Assembly (NCBI GenBank): GCA_965226585.1 | Contig: OZ245366.1 | Location: 384,001 to 448,000, forward strand | Direction: 5' to 3' | DNA length: 64,000 nt | Source of the DNA: Thermodesulfobacteriota bacterium | GTDB taxonomy: Bacteria > Desulfobacterota_D > UBA1144 > Nemesobacterales > Mycalebacteriaceae | In this document: positions 8,993 through 20,172 of the stretch, piece by piece | How the letters are laid out: each line of letters opens with the position of its first letter | Position numbering within the stretch: position 1 is the stretch's first letter | Made by a program: the position numbers and the translations under genes | Notes under the pieces: generated by a model | What the model was told of the DNA's origin: nothing | Database searches by the model: none | The model's input: only the letters and a program-made list of their open reading frames with translations

Positions 8993-11900
8993 ATGCATCT
9001 TATAGCCACCATACCGGGCGGATGGAATCCCGGAGATGACGGCGGGGTTTTTCTAATAGACCAGACCCCGGGCGACATCGTATTTCTTTCCGCGGCGGAC
9101 ACGGATATTTTCTGCCTTAATTCCGCCTATCTGAAACTTTCGGACGGCCGGGAACTTCCGTCTCTCAGAATGGCAAACCTTTCGTATTTGAAACGGGAAC
9201 TTTCCGTTGATAATTATGTTGAATCGGTCATCCGTTCCGCGCGCCTTGTAGTTGTCAGAATGCTGGGCGGAAAAAATTATCATCCTTATGTTTGCGACTC
9301 TCTTGAGGCGGAATGCGGAAAAAATAAAACGCCTCTGATTTTTCTCCCCGGAGATGACAGCCCTGATATTGAACTTATGTCTCTCTCCACGGCTCCGCAG
9401 AATTTTGTACAAAAAGCGTTCGGATATTTCTCTTCCGGAGGCCGGAAGAATTTTGAGAATTTTCTCAAACTTGCTCTCAATGATTTTTTTAATGTTTCTT
9501 TTTCCGTGAAAGCCCCCGAAAAAATGCCCGATATTTTTTCACGTGATGTTGCCGGACAAGGCGGCGGGAACTCGAACGCGGCAATTATTGCTTACAGAAG
9601 CCACTACCTTTCCGGAAACCTCTCTCCGGTTGAGACGCTTACGGAAAAACTTTCGGAGCAGGGTTTTAATTCAAAGGCGATTTTTGTGAAAAGCCTCAGA
9701 GAGCGTGAGGATATTGCGGAACTGTCTGAGTTTCTTTCGGGGGGAGAGTTTGACCTGATTTACAACACCACCAGTTTTGCTCTTAAAAGCGCGGCGGAAA
9801 AAAACGGATTTATTTTTGAAGAAAAAGGTGTTCCCGTTCTTCAAACCGTTTTTGCCTCGTGCCCGGAGGAAATGTGGAGGGAAAACCTTTTCGGGCTTTC
9901 CCCCACAGATATGGCGATAAATATAACCCTTCCGGAAATGGACGGGAAAATAGACGCGGGACCCGTCAGTTTCAAACGCGTAGAGGGTAAAGATCCGGGC
10001 ACCGATTCAGAAATAGTGAAAAACCACCCCTACACGGACGGATGCCGCCGCGCGGCGGTTTTCGGAAAAAAATGGATAAATCTCCGCGAAAAAAACAACG
10101 CAGATAAAAAAATAGCCGTCATAATGCCGAACTATCCCTCGCGTGACGGCCGCCTCGCAAACGGCGTTGGGCTTGACACCCCGCAGAGTTGCGTTCGCAT
10201 ACTGAAAAGTCTTGCCGCCGCGGGTTATTCTCCGGGCGCGGATTTTCCGGACAGCGGAGCCGCCCTTATGGACGAAATATCCCGGAAAATCACGAACGAC
10301 CCGGATTTTATGGACTCAAGGGATTGCGGGGTCTTTTTGCCTTTTGACAGTTTTCTTGACCGCTACCGCAAACTTTCAAAAAAACTTCGCGACCGTCTCG
10401 AACAACACTGGGGCGCTCCCGAAAACGATATTCACATAAAAAACGGCGGATTTCCCCTGCCGGGAATTGTGTTGGACAACATCTTCGTATCAATTCAGCC
10501 TGAGAGGGGATACGGGCAGGACATAAAAGCCGTCTATCATTCGCCCGATATTCCGCCGCCTTACCGCTATCTGGCGTTTTATTTCTGGCTTTTTCAAAAC
10601 TTCCGCGCAGACGCGGTTATCCATCTGGGAAAGCACGGAAACCTTGAGTGGCTTCCCGGAAAAAGCGTGGCTCTTGACCCCGAAACGTGCTTTCCGGCGG
10701 CAATTTTTCCTCCGGTTCCCCATTTTTATCCTTTTATCGTCAACGACCCCGGCGAGGGTTCACAGGCGAAAAGGCGGTCGCGCGCCGTGATTATAGACCA
10801 CCTTGTTCCCCCGATGGTGCGAGCTGAATCGTATGGCGACTACCTTCGCCTTGAGCAGTTAATGGATGAGTACTATCAGGCATGGGGGCTCGACCCGCCC
10901 CGCGCGCAGTTTTTGAAGGAGCAAATATCCCGCGCGGTCAGAGAAACATCCCTTTATAAAGACCTCGACTGCGCCCCGGACGATATTGATGAAATCATGA
11001 ACCGTCTGGATGTGTGCCTGTGCGAAATCAAAGAGTCTCAGATACGGGGCGGTTTGCACATTCTGGGGGAGTGTCCGCAGGGCGGGCCGCTTGCCGAGCT
11101 TGTGGTCGCGCTTCACAGAATTCCCTCCGCTTCGGGGCCCGGAATAACGCAGGCGCTCGCGCGGGATATGGGTCTTGACCTTGACCCGCTTGACTGCGAC
11201 TACGGCGCAGAGTTCAACCGCTCCGTTTCAGGAAAGGAGTGCAGAACGGCGGGGGCGGCGGTCGCCGCGCTTGAGGAAACGGCAAAGGATTATGTTTTGC
11301 GCGCCATTGAAAGCGGCTCTGCAGAGTGCGCCGGCAGAGATTTTCCGGAATTCCGTCAGGTTCTTGAGTCCGCGCTTTCAACCACGCTTCCAAACCTGCG
11401 GATGTGTTCCGATGAAATCGGCAACCTGCTTCGCGGTCTGGACGGGGGCTACGTTCCTTCCGGACCCTCAGGCGCGCCCACAAGGGGAAAACCGGAAATT
11501 CTTCCCACCGGCAGAAACTTCCACTCCGTTGACACGAGAGGGCTTCCGACCCGCGCCGCGTACGCGCTTGGGGAAAAAAGCGCGGACTCTCTTGTTGAAA
11601 GACACCTTCAGGAAAACGGCGAATATCCCTCGGCGGTTGGCATATCGGTTTGGGGAACTTCAACAATGCGCACCGGCGCGGACGACATCGCGCAGGCTTT
11701 TGCGCTTATGGGTTTGAGACCCGTCTGGCAGGGGGAAAGCGGAAGAGTTGTGGATTTTGAGGCTCTTTCGCTGAACGAACTGCAAAGGCCCAGAGTGGAC
11801 GTTACGCTCAGAATTTCGGGGTTTTTCAGAGACGCTTTCCCTGACCTCATTTCTCTTTTCAATGCGGCGGTTGAAAAAATTGCCGCGATGGATGATGAGC

Positions 11901-12709
11901 CTGAAAACCTGAACCCCGTGAGGCGGCGGCACTTGCTTGAAAAAACCGAATGGGTGAAGAAAGGGATTGATGAAGAAACCGCGCGGAAACGCTCTCTCTA
12001 CAGGGTTTTCGGTTCAAAACCCGGCTCCTACGGCGCGGGGCTTCAATCCGCGATAGATTCAAAAAACTGGAAGACGCCCGAAGATTTGGCGATGATATAC
12101 GTGAACTGGAGCGGCTACGCGTACGGAAAAGACGGACCCAGTTCCGCCGCCGAAACTTACCGCCGCCGCCTCGCGGGCATGGATGTTGTAATTCAAAATC
12201 AGGACAACCGTGAGCACGATATTCTGGATTCCGATGACTACTACCAGTTTCACGGCGGAATGGCGAATGCGGCGCGCGCGGAAAAGGGTGAGATGCCCGA
12301 AGTGTATTTCGGCGACCACTCAAAACCGGAAACACCGAAAATAAAAACCCTGAAGGAGGAAATCGTCAGGGTTTACCGCTCTCGTGTTGTAAATCCGAAG
12401 TGGATTGAGGCGATGAGGCGGCACGGATATAAAGGTGCTTTTGAGATGGCGGCGACCGTTGACTACCTGTTCGGCTATGACGCCACCACGGGGGTTGTGG
12501 ACGATTTTATCTACGACGGCGTGGCGCAGGCGTATCTTTTTGACGGCGACAACTTTGATTTTCTCAAGAAAAACAACCCTCGCGCCGCGGTTGAGATGGC
12601 GGAGAGAATGCTCGAAGCGGCTCAGCGCGGGATGTGGGAAAACCCCGGAGAAAAAACGCTTGAAAAACTGCGCTCGGTGTTTACCGAAGCCGAAGCCGTG
12701 ACGGAATAA
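8993..12709 (+). CDS. cobN: Cobaltochelatase subunit CobN
   Basis: HLGKHGNLEWLPGK, NDPGEG, LPTGRNF, DSDDYYQFHGG, NPKWI. Confidence 0.96.
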   Translation: MHLIATIPGGWNPGDDGGVFLIDQTPGDIVFLSAADTDIFCLNSAYLKLSDGRELPSLRMANLSYLKRELSVDNYVESVIRSARLVVVRMLGGKNYHPYVCDSLEAECGKNKTPLIFLPGDDSPDIELMSLSTAPQNFVQKAFGYFSSGGRKNFENFLKLALNDFFNVSFSVKAPEKMPDIFSRDVAGQGGGNSNAAIIAYRSHYLSGNLSPVETLTEKLSEQGFNSKAIFVKSLREREDIAELSEFLSGGEFDLIYNTTSFALKSAAEKNGFIFEEKGVPVLQTVFASCPEEMWRENLFGLSPTDMAINITLPEMDGKIDAGPVSFKRVEGKDPGTDSEIVKNHPYTDGCRRAAVFGKKWINLREKNNADKKIAVIMPNYPSRDGRLANGVGLDTPQSCVRILKSLAAAGYSPGADFPDSGAALMDEISRKITNDPDFMDSRDCGVFLPFDSFLDRYRKLSKKLRDRLEQHWGAPENDIHIKNGGFPLPGIVLDNIFVSIQPERGYGQDIKAVYHSPDIPPPYRYLAFYFWLFQNFRADAVIHLGKHGNLEWLPGKSVALDPETCFPAAIFPPVPHFYPFIVNDPGEGSQAKRRSRAVIIDHLVPPMVRAESYGDYLRLEQLMDEYYQAWGLDPPRAQFLKEQISRAVRETSLYKDLDCAPDDIDEIMNRLDVCLCEIKESQIRGGLHILGECPQGGPLAELVVALHRIPSASGPGITQALARDMGLDLDPLDCDYGAEFNRSVSGKECRTAGAAVAALEETAKDYVLRAIESGSAECAGRDFPEFRQVLESALSTTLPNLRMCSDEIGNLLRGLDGGYVPSGPSGAPTRGKPEILPTGRNFHSVDTRGLPTRAAYALGEKSADSLVERHLQENGEYPSAVGISVWGTSTMRTGADDIAQAFALMGLRPVWQGESGRVVDFEALSLNELQRPRVDVTLRISGFFRDAFPDLISLFNAAVEKIAAMDDEPENLNPVRRRHLLEKTEWVKKGIDEETARKRSLYRVFGSKPGSYGAGLQSAIDSKNWKTPEDLAMIYVNWSGYAYGKDGPSSAAETYRRRLAGMDVVIQNQDNREHDILDSDDYYQFHGGMANAARAEKGEMPEVYFGDHSKPETPKIKTLKEEIVRVYRSRVVNPKWIEAMRRHGYKGAFEMAATVDYLFGYDATTGVVDDFIYDGVAQAYLFDGDNFDFLKKNNPRAAVEMAERMLEAAQRGMWENPGEKTLEKLRSVFTEAEAVTE

Positions 12710-12739
12710 GCTCCCGCTAATTTCATGCGAGAGGGGTTT

Positions 12740-13657
12740 TTAATTCAAAGATTTCCAGAAATCTGAAATTCCATCTTCAATTCCGACTTCAGGTTTCCAT
12801 CCGAGTTTTTTCGCGGCAAGTGAATTATCAAGAAATATCGCGCCTACGTCTCCTTTTTTCGCGCCGGTTTTTTTAACTTTCACCTTTTTGCCGGAAACTG
12901 TTGACAGGATGTCCGTAATTTTATTGACCGAGGTTTCCACGCCCGTAGAGATGTTGAAAATCCCCCCGGGTTTTGAAGCGCAAAGCGCGTTTGCGCGGGC
13001 AACATCCGAGCAGTGAACATAGTCCCTTGTCTGCCCGCCGCTTCCGAACACCGTTGTTTGCGCGCCTTTTTTGTGGTTGCCGCACAAAATCGCCACAATT
13101 CCGGTTTTTTTCTCCGTGTCCTGTCTTTCCCCGTAAACGTTTGAATAGCGGAGCGCGGTGAAATCAACCCCGTGATGCGATTTGAAAAAGCGCAGGTAGT
13201 ATTCAACGCACAGTTTTGCGGTTCCGTACGGCGATTGTGGATTCGGCTCCGCATCCTCGCCTGCGGGCGGGCGGGCGACTTCGCCGTAAACCGCGCCGCT
13301 TGAGGCAAAGATAAATTTCCCCGTCCCCCGCTCCGCGCACAGGCTCAACAAGTTGAGGGAGCCGGTGATGTTTATGTCCGCGTCAAGGGCGGGATTTTCC
13401 GCTGAAACCCTCACGTCTATTTGCGCGGCGTGATGATTTACCAGTTCCGGCTTGAAAGATGAAAATATTTTTTTCATCCCGGCGGAGTCTCTTATGTCGT
13501 ACTTTTCAAATCTCGCCCCGGGCGGGATGCTTTCCTCCTTTCCCGAAGAAAGGTTGTCAACAATTAAAACCTCGTGACCGTCTTCAACATATTTGCGGGA
13601 AATATGTGAGCCGATGAAACCCGCGCCTCCCGTAAGCAGTATTCTCATTTTTTCCAC
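12740..13657 (-). CDS. NAD-dependent epimerase/dehydratase (GalE-like)
   Basis: TGGAGFIGSH, YGTAK, LRYSNVYG. Confidence 0.9.
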   Translation of the reverse strand: MEKMRILLTGGAGFIGSHISRKYVEDGHEVLIVDNLSSGKEESIPPGARFEKYDIRDSAGMKKIFSSFKPELVNHHAAQIDVRVSAENPALDADINITGSLNLLSLCAERGTGKFIFASSGAVYGEVARPPAGEDAEPNPQSPYGTAKLCVEYYLRFFKSHHGVDFTALRYSNVYGERQDTEKKTGIVAILCGNHKKGAQTTVFGSGGQTRDYVHCSDVARANALCASKPGGIFNISTGVETSVNKITDILSTVSGKKVKVKKTGAKKGDVGAIFLDNSLAAKKLGWKPEVGIEDGISDFWKSLN

Positions 13658-13698
13658 ACCAATTTGGACTGACCCTTTCCGTTTGTATTCAAAAACTA

Positions 13699-13782
<84 letters not shown>

Positions 13783-13905
13783 TTGCGCGGACATTTTAAC
13801 GGAAGCGTTTTGCCGGAAGCAACCTTCACGCTGTCCGGGCGGTTGCGTGAGCAAGCGATTATAACACGGCGGAGATGTTTTTTCGCGCGACCCGAAAAAC
13901 AGTTC

Positions 13906-13933
13906 TTGACAACAACCCGCTGGTGATTATCTT
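13906..13933 (+). promoter_or_regulatory. Putative sigma70 promoter of groESL
   Basis: TTGACA-N16-TATCTT about 90 bp upstream of groES. Confidence 0.5.
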
Positions 13934-14023
13934 TAGGTTTGTCTCAGGGCGGGTGAGTGGTTTTGCTTTACGCATTAGCGACGTCCTGCAACAGAAAAAC
14001 ATATTTCAGGAGGGCAAGCGACA

Positions 14024-14323
14024 ATGGCTTCAAAGGTAAAGTTTAGGCCGCTTCACGACAAGGTTCTTGTAAAAAGGCTGGAAGGAGAAGAGACAACCGC
14101 CGGGGGAATTATCATCCCGGACACTGCTCAGGAGCAGTCTCAGGAGGGCAAAGTGGTAGCGGTTGGCAACGGTGCAATCGGTGATGACGGCAAAGTCAGA
14201 AAACTTGACGTAAAGCCGGGGGACAGCGTTCTCTTCAGCAAATACGGCGGAACCGACATCAACATAGAAGGCGAAAGCTACATTGTGATGAAAGAGGAAG
14301 ACATACTTGCCGTTATCGCCTAG
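14024..14323 (+). CDS. groES: Co-chaperonin GroES
   Basis: [25 protein letters not shown]. Confidence 0.98.
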   Translation: MASKVKFRPLHDKVLVKRLEGEETTAGGIIIPDTAQEQSQEGKVVAVGNGAIGDDGKVRKLDVKPGDSVLFSKYGGTDINIEGESYIVMKEEDILAVIA

Positions 14324-14359
14324 GCGGTCGCGAGCAGTTCCAACAAAGGAGGGAAACAA

Positions 14360-16009
14360 ATGTCTGTAAAAAACATTGAATTCAACAGAGAAGCTCAGAA
14401 TCTTATTATGAGCGGTGTTAACAAACTTGCCAACGCCGTAAAGGTGACGCTCGGGCCCAGAGGCAGAAACGTGCTTATGGAGAAACCGTTCGGCGCTCCC
14501 AACGTTACAAAAGACGGAGTGAGTGTGGCAAAGGAAATAGAACTTGAGGACAAGTTTGAGAACATGGGAGCGCAGATGGTCAAAGAAGTCGCTTCAAAAA
14601 CAAGTGACGTTGCCGGAGACGGAACCACAACCGCGACTGTTCTCGCTCAGTCCATAGTTAGGGAAGGCACAAAACTCGTTGCCGCCGGGCACGACCCCAT
14701 GAAACTTAAAAGGGGAATTGACAAGGCGGTTGAGGTTGTTGTTGAAAGCATCAGAAAACTCAGCAAACAGACCAAAGACAAGACCGAGATTTTTCAGGTT
14801 GCCACTATTTCCGCAAACGGCGATGAAGAAATAGGAAACAAAATCGCGGACGCGATGGAGCAGGTTGGAAAAGACGGCGTTATAACCGTTGAAGAGGGCA
14901 GAAGCCTTGACACGGAGCTTGAGGTTGTTGAGGGAATGCAGTTCGACAGGGGATATCTCAGCCCCTATTTCGTAACGGATTCCGAAAGGATGCTCGTTGA
15001 GCTTGAAGACCCGCTAATCCTTCTTTTTGACAAGAAAATAGCGAACATGAAAGACCTTGTCCCTCTTCTTGAAGAGGTCGCGAGGAGTTCCAGTCCGCTT
15101 CTTATCATATCGGAAGACGTTGAGGGCGAAGCCCTTGCGACTCTCGTTGTGAACAAGATACGGGGAACCCTTAAAGCTGCCGCCGTCAAGGCGCCCGGAT
15201 TTGGCGACAGACGCAAGGCGATGGTAGAAGACATAGGCGTTCTGACCGGAGGAAACGTTATCTCCGAAGAGGCGGGCATGAAGCTTGAAACCGCCACAGT
15301 TGCCGACCTTGGCAAGGCGAAAAAGGTTGTCATAGACAAGGACAACACAACTATCGTCAGCGGCGCGGGCAAGAAAGCCGACATAAGCGGCAGAATCAAC
15401 CAGATAAGAGGCCAGATAGAGACGGCGAGCGGTGAGTACGACAGGGAGAAACTTCAGGAAAGACTTGCCAAACTTGCGGGCGGTGTCGCCGTTATCCGTG
15501 TAGGAGCGGCAACCGAGGCCGAGATGAAAGAGAAAAAAGACAGGGTTGAAGACGCCCTGAACGCGACCCGCGCGGCCGTTGAAGAGGGAATAGTTCCCGG
15601 CGGCGGCGTTGCGCTTGTCCGCTCCATTGAGAAGGTTGAAAGTTTCTCAGGGGCGGATGAAGAGGAGCAGGCGGGCGTGAACATCGTCAAGAGAGCGCTT
15701 GAAGAGCCGCTCAGGGAGATTGCCGCAAACGCCGGATGGGACGGCTCAATAGTCGTTCAGAAGGTCAGGGAAGGCAAGGCATCCTTCGGTTTTGACGCCG
15801 CCTCTCTTCAGTACAGGGATATGCTTGAAGCGGGAATTGTTGACCCCTCAAAGGTCACCAGGTCATGCATTCAGAACGCCGCCAGCGTGGCGGGGCTTCT
15901 GCTTACAACGGAAGCACTGATTGCGGACGCCCCCGCTCCGCCGGAACCGGCAATGGGCGGCGCCCCCCCGATGACGGGAGGTCCCGGAGGAATTGGCGGA
16001 ATGATGTAA
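14360..16009 (+). CDS. groEL: Chaperonin GroEL
   Basis: [24 protein letters not shown] tail. Confidence 0.99.
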   Translation: MSVKNIEFNREAQNLIMSGVNKLANAVKVTLGPRGRNVLMEKPFGAPNVTKDGVSVAKEIELEDKFENMGAQMVKEVASKTSDVAGDGTTTATVLAQSIVREGTKLVAAGHDPMKLKRGIDKAVEVVVESIRKLSKQTKDKTEIFQVATISANGDEEIGNKIADAMEQVGKDGVITVEEGRSLDTELEVVEGMQFDRGYLSPYFVTDSERMLVELEDPLILLFDKKIANMKDLVPLLEEVARSSSPLLIISEDVEGEALATLVVNKIRGTLKAAAVKAPGFGDRRKAMVEDIGVLTGGNVISEEAGMKLETATVADLGKAKKVVIDKDNTTIVSGAGKKADISGRINQIRGQIETASGEYDREKLQERLAKLAGGVAVIRVGAATEAEMKEKKDRVEDALNATRAAVEEGIVPGGGVALVRSIEKVESFSGADEEEQAGVNIVKRALEEPLREIAANAGWDGSIVVQKVREGKASFGFDAASLQYRDMLEAGIVDPSKVTRSCIQNAASVAGLLLTTEALIADAPAPPEPAMGGAPPMTGGPGGIGGMM

Positions 16010-16032
16010 TTCCCCTTTTGGACGGGTAGTAT

Positions 16033-16071
16033 AAAAACCGGTGTCGCTTCAAAGGCGGCGCCGGTTTTTTT
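16033..16071 (+). terminator. Intrinsic terminator after groEL
   Basis: AAAAACCGGTGTCGC...GCGGCGCCGGTTTTTTT hairpin followed by a U-tract. Confidence 0.85.
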
Positions 16072-16095
16072 ACAAAACTGAGAGGAGTTAAAGAT

Positions 16096-17331
16096 ATGTC
16101 ATCAAAAACCGGTAAATTTCTTCTCCCCGCGATTCTGGCGGGAGTGGTTCTGGGAATAGTTTCGGGAACGGTTTTCCCTGAATTCAGCGTATCGGTCGGA
16201 TTTGTCGGAGACCTTTTTCTCGACTTGCTCAAGATGATGGTTATTCCGCTTGTGGTTGTCAGCATAACGTTGGGCGTTATGAAACTGCGGGATTTCAAAG
16301 CGGTGGGCGCAAAGACTCTTCTCTACTACATGATTACCACCGCTATCTCCGTTTCCATAGGCATAGCGGTTGTGTCTCTGCTCCATCCCGGCGATCCGGG
16401 CACTCTTGGAACCATGACGGAGGAGATGAAGTCTCAGGCGGCTTTGCAGGTTGAGGGCAAAAGCGCGGGACCCGAAGAGATACTGCAAAGCATGGTAACG
16501 CCCAATATTTTCAAGTCCGCCGCAGAGTTTCAAATACTTCCTTTGATAGTTTTCTCTCTGCTTTTCGGTCTGGCTCTGGCGCGAATGGGAGAGCGGGCGT
16601 CGCAGCCGATTGAGTCGCTTCTTGTGTCTCTTGACGGGGCGATAATGAAACTGGTTCACTGGATAATAAACCTCACTCCGGCGGGTGTTGCCTGTATAAT
16701 CGCGGCGCGAATAGGCGAAGCGGGAGGCGGAGACGCGCTTTTCGCGATGGCGGCGGGAATAGGCAAGTATATGCTCGCGGTGATAGCGGGGCTCGGAATT
16801 CACGGTCTTGTGGTTTTGCCCCTTGCGCTTATTGTTTTCGCGCGCAGAAATCCGGTTCATTACCTGAGGCACATGAGCAAGGCGCTTCTTACGGCTTTTT
16901 CCACGGCATCATCTTCGGCAACCCTTCCGCTTACCATGACCAGCGCCGTTGAAGACGCGAAAGTGTCTCCCAGGGTGGGGAATTTCGTTCTGCCGCTCGG
17001 CGCAACCGTGAATATGGACGGCACGGCTCTCTACGAGGCGGTCGCGGTTATATTCATAGCGCAGGTTTACGCGGTTCCTCTTGACCCGTCGCAACTTGTC
17101 ATAATATTTCTGACGGCAACCCTTGCCGCCATCGGGGCGGCGGGAATACCGGAGGCGGGGCTTGTTACAATGGTTATTGTCCTCTCAAGCGTCGGGCTTC
17201 CGCTTGAGGGAATAGGGCTTCTCCTGTCCGTTGACTGGCTTCTTGACCGTTTCAGGACCACCGTCAACGTCTGGGGAGACAGCGTTGGAGCGGCGGTTAT
17301 TGACAGAACAACGGTTTCGCAGTCAATGTAG
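16096..17331 (+). CDS. Dicarboxylate/amino acid:cation symporter (DAACS)
   Basis: FSTASSSATLP, ATVNMDGTALY, LDRFRTTVNVWGD. Confidence 0.95.
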   Translation: MSSKTGKFLLPAILAGVVLGIVSGTVFPEFSVSVGFVGDLFLDLLKMMVIPLVVVSITLGVMKLRDFKAVGAKTLLYYMITTAISVSIGIAVVSLLHPGDPGTLGTMTEEMKSQAALQVEGKSAGPEEILQSMVTPNIFKSAAEFQILPLIVFSLLFGLALARMGERASQPIESLLVSLDGAIMKLVHWIINLTPAGVACIIAARIGEAGGGDALFAMAAGIGKYMLAVIAGLGIHGLVVLPLALIVFARRNPVHYLRHMSKALLTAFSTASSSATLPLTMTSAVEDAKVSPRVGNFVLPLGATVNMDGTALYEAVAVIFIAQVYAVPLDPSQLVIIFLTATLAAIGAAGIPEAGLVTMVIVLSSVGLPLEGIGLLLSVDWLLDRFRTTVNVWGDSVGAAVIDRTTVSQSM

Positions 17332-17351
17332 ACATGTCTGGAGCAGAGTAA

Positions 17352-18416
17352 ATGATGGATATAGGCGGTTTTCTTGAATCCTTTCAGGGCGGCGTTTTCT
17401 ATGCTTACACGCTTCCGGTTGTCGCGGTTGCGGTTTCGTTTTTCTTTCTTGTTTTTACCGCCAAATATCTGACCACACGCCTGAAAAGGGCGGCCGCCAA
17501 AACGGAAAACACGTTTGACGACATGATTGCCGACATATTGGACGGCACTAACCGCTTTTTCCTGCTCGCAGTTTCGCTTTACATCGGCTCTCAATTTCTT
17601 GAGCCGGGAAGGAACAAAGAGTTCTGGGAAACAATTATCGGCGCTTTTCTGATTTTTCAAACGGTCAGACTGCTTGAAAAAGTGGCGCAGTATTACACGG
17701 AGCGTCTTTACAAAAGCTGGGGCATCACCGTAACGCAGGCAAATGTCGCGGTTTTTTTCCTGCGCATTATTCTGTGGTTCTTTGCGGCCATGGTTGTTCT
17801 TGAAAACCTCGGAATCCGCGTAACGCCTCTTCTTGCCGGTCTTGGAATAGGCGGAATAGCCATCGCTCTTGCCGTCCAGAATGTTCTCGGCGAGCTTATT
17901 GCCTCCCTTTCGATAATAGTGGACAAGCCTTTTGTTGTGGGAGATTTTATAGTTGTCGGCGGTTTCAGGGGAGAGGTTGAAAAAATCGGATTCAAAACAA
18001 CCCGCATCCGTAGCGTTTCAGGCGAACTGGTGGTTTTTTCAAACAACCAGCTGGTCAGCAACACGATACAAAACTATAAAAACCTTCCGCGCCGCCGCAG
18101 TTTCTCCACTCTGGGAGTCGTTTATGAAACAGACGCCGGAAAACTGAAGCGGATTCCTGAGATAATAAAAGATATAATAGACAGGCATCCCAAGACTGAA
18201 TATGAAAGGGTGCATTTTGTGGATTTCGCGGATTTTTCACTTAATTTTGAAGTTGCCTACTATGTTCTCACAAGCGAATATATTGAATATCTTGACACCC
18301 GGCAGCAAATCAATTTGGAAATAATTGAGAAGTTTCGCGCCGCAAATATTGAGTTTGCATACCCGACTCAAACACTGTTTGCAGGCAATGCGGTTGATGT
18401 CAGGGTAAAAAATTAA
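17352..18416 (+). CDS. MscS family mechanosensitive channel
   Basis: LLAGLGIGGIAIALAVQ, DKPFVVGD, IEFAYPTQ. Confidence 0.93.
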   Translation: MMDIGGFLESFQGGVFYAYTLPVVAVAVSFFFLVFTAKYLTTRLKRAAAKTENTFDDMIADILDGTNRFFLLAVSLYIGSQFLEPGRNKEFWETIIGAFLIFQTVRLLEKVAQYYTERLYKSWGITVTQANVAVFFLRIILWFFAAMVVLENLGIRVTPLLAGLGIGGIAIALAVQNVLGELIASLSIIVDKPFVVGDFIVVGGFRGEVEKIGFKTTRIRSVSGELVVFSNNQLVSNTIQNYKNLPRRRSFSTLGVVYETDAGKLKRIPEIIKDIIDRHPKTEYERVHFVDFADFSLNFEVAYYVLTSEYIEYLDTRQQINLEIIEKFRAANIEFAYPTQTLFAGNAVDVRVKN

Positions 18417-18435
18417 AACGCGGAGGCTGTTCAAG

Positions 18436-19827
18436 TTGTCAAAAAAAACACTTTGGTCGGGAAGATTTTCAAAAAATCCTCACCGTCTTGCCGCAAGTTT
18501 TTCAGCATCCGTGGATTTTGACAGGCGACTTGCTTTTGAAGACATAGAGGGAAGCGTCGCGCACGTGAAGATGCTTGCGTCTCGTAAAATTATTTCCCGC
18601 AAAAACGCGAATTCAATTTTGAAAGCTCTCTCGGAAGTCAAAAAGGAGATAGAAAAAGGCTCTTTTCCCTTCAGGGAAGAATATGAAGACATACACCTGA
18701 ATATTGAAAAACGGGTTATTGAAAAAATCGGCGATTCAGGCGGCATGATTCACACCGCCCGCAGCAGAAACGATCAGGTGGTTCTGGATGAGCGGCTTTA
18801 TCTGAGGAAACAGACGGCGATAATTCTTGACGGCATAACGGATGTCGCGGACTCTGCGGTAATGCTTGCGGAAAAATATTTTGACGCCGTAATGCCTCTT
18901 TACACACATCTTCAAAGGGCTCAGCCGGTGCTGGTTTCCCACCACCTGCTCGCTTATTTTGAGATGCTAAAACGCGACCGCCGCCGCTTTGAAGATTGCC
19001 TGAAGGGAATTAACGTGAACCCGCTCGGCGCGTGCGCCGGAGCCGGAACATCTTTTCCCGTGGACAGGAAAATGACCGCCAAACTGCTGGGTTTTCCGTC
19101 TGTGACGGCAAACAGCATAGACACCGTAAGCGACAGAGATTTTCTCGTGGAATTTGTTTTCTGTTGCGCCGTCCTCATGGGGCATCTGGGCAGGCTGTGC
19201 GAGGAGCTTGTGCTGTGGTCTTCAAAGGAATTTGATTTTGCCGACCTGGGAGACGGTTTTACCACCGGCTCAAGCATAATGCCGCAGAAAAGAAATCCCG
19301 ACATAGCGGAGCTTGTTCGCGCGAAGGGCTCAAGGGTCAACGGAAATCTGGTTTCTCTGCTTACGCTTATGAAAGGTCTCCCGCTTTCCTACAGCCGTGA
19401 TATGCAGGAGGACAAAGAGCCCGTTTTTGACACGGCGCAAACCGTTGCGGAGTCTCTGCCGGTTTTTTCTGAAATGCTTGCCGGATGCAAACTCAAGCCG
19501 GAAAATATGCGGAAAAGTCTTGAAAAAGGTTTCGTAACAGCGACCGACCTTGCGGATTATATGGCGCGCGCGGGTATGCCTTTCAGAAAAGCGCACGAAG
19601 TTTCGGGGCGGATTGTCGCCCACGCGGAAAAAAAGGGAAAAAACATTGAAGAACTGACGATAGACGAATTCAGATGTTTTTCTCCGGATATCGGCGCTGA
19701 TATTTACAAAACGGTTTCAATAGACGGCTCGGTAAAAAGCAAAAACTCTCAGGGCGGAACATCGCACTCTCAGGTGAAAAAGATGCTCCGCGCCGCCCGG
19801 CGCGAAGTTTCAGGATGGAGACGCTGA
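18436..19827 (+). CDS. argH: Argininosuccinate lyase
   Basis: HTARSRNDQV, YTHLQRAQP, TGSSIMPQKRNPD. Confidence 0.97.
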   Translation: MSKKTLWSGRFSKNPHRLAASFSASVDFDRRLAFEDIEGSVAHVKMLASRKIISRKNANSILKALSEVKKEIEKGSFPFREEYEDIHLNIEKRVIEKIGDSGGMIHTARSRNDQVVLDERLYLRKQTAIILDGITDVADSAVMLAEKYFDAVMPLYTHLQRAQPVLVSHHLLAYFEMLKRDRRRFEDCLKGINVNPLGACAGAGTSFPVDRKMTAKLLGFPSVTANSIDTVSDRDFLVEFVFCCAVLMGHLGRLCEELVLWSSKEFDFADLGDGFTTGSSIMPQKRNPDIAELVRAKGSRVNGNLVSLLTLMKGLPLSYSRDMQEDKEPVFDTAQTVAESLPVFSEMLAGCKLKPENMRKSLEKGFVTATDLADYMARAGMPFRKAHEVSGRIVAHAEKKGKNIEELTIDEFRCFSPDIGADIYKTVSIDGSVKSKNSQGGTSHSQVKKMLRAARREVSGWRR

Positions 19828-20172
19828 GCCGTTTTCAAACTCAACTCTGGGGAAATCAGACCACAGACCTTCCAGATTGTAGAATTTTCGCGCCTTGCTG
19901 TGAAAGATGTGCAGTATAACGTCTTCGGTTCCAAGTAGAACCCAGGTTTTGTGTGCAATTCCCTCTTTGTCGAGAACTCGTATTTTCTTTTCTTTAAGGG
20001 CTTGTTCAGCGTGGTCTGCGACCGCTTTTACGGCTCTTTCCGATTCCGCGCCGCATATTACGAAAAAATCCGCTATACCGCCGGAGTCTCTCATGTCTAT
20101 GACCGCAATATCGTCCGCTTTTTTATCAGCCGCGCATCGCGCGAGAAAAAGTGCCTGCTCTTTGGAAGTTAT
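19810..20172 (-). CDS. rsfS: Ribosome silencing factor RsfS
   Basis: DKKADDIAVIDM, FFVIC, WVLL, RKFYNLEGLW; full domain needs a start at ATA 20172 (first ATG is at 20094). Confidence 0.88.
   Translation of the reverse strand: MTSKEQALFLARCAADKKADDIAVIDMRDSGGIADFFVICGAESERAVKAVADHAEQALKEKKIRVLDKEGIAHKTWVLLGTEDVILHIFHSKARKFYNLEGLWSDFPRVEFENGSASPS

Noticed and set aside
13934..14023. CIRCE operator upstream of groES
   Set aside because: Only TTAGC is present; the TTAGCACTC-N9-GAGTGCTAA inverted repeat is not.
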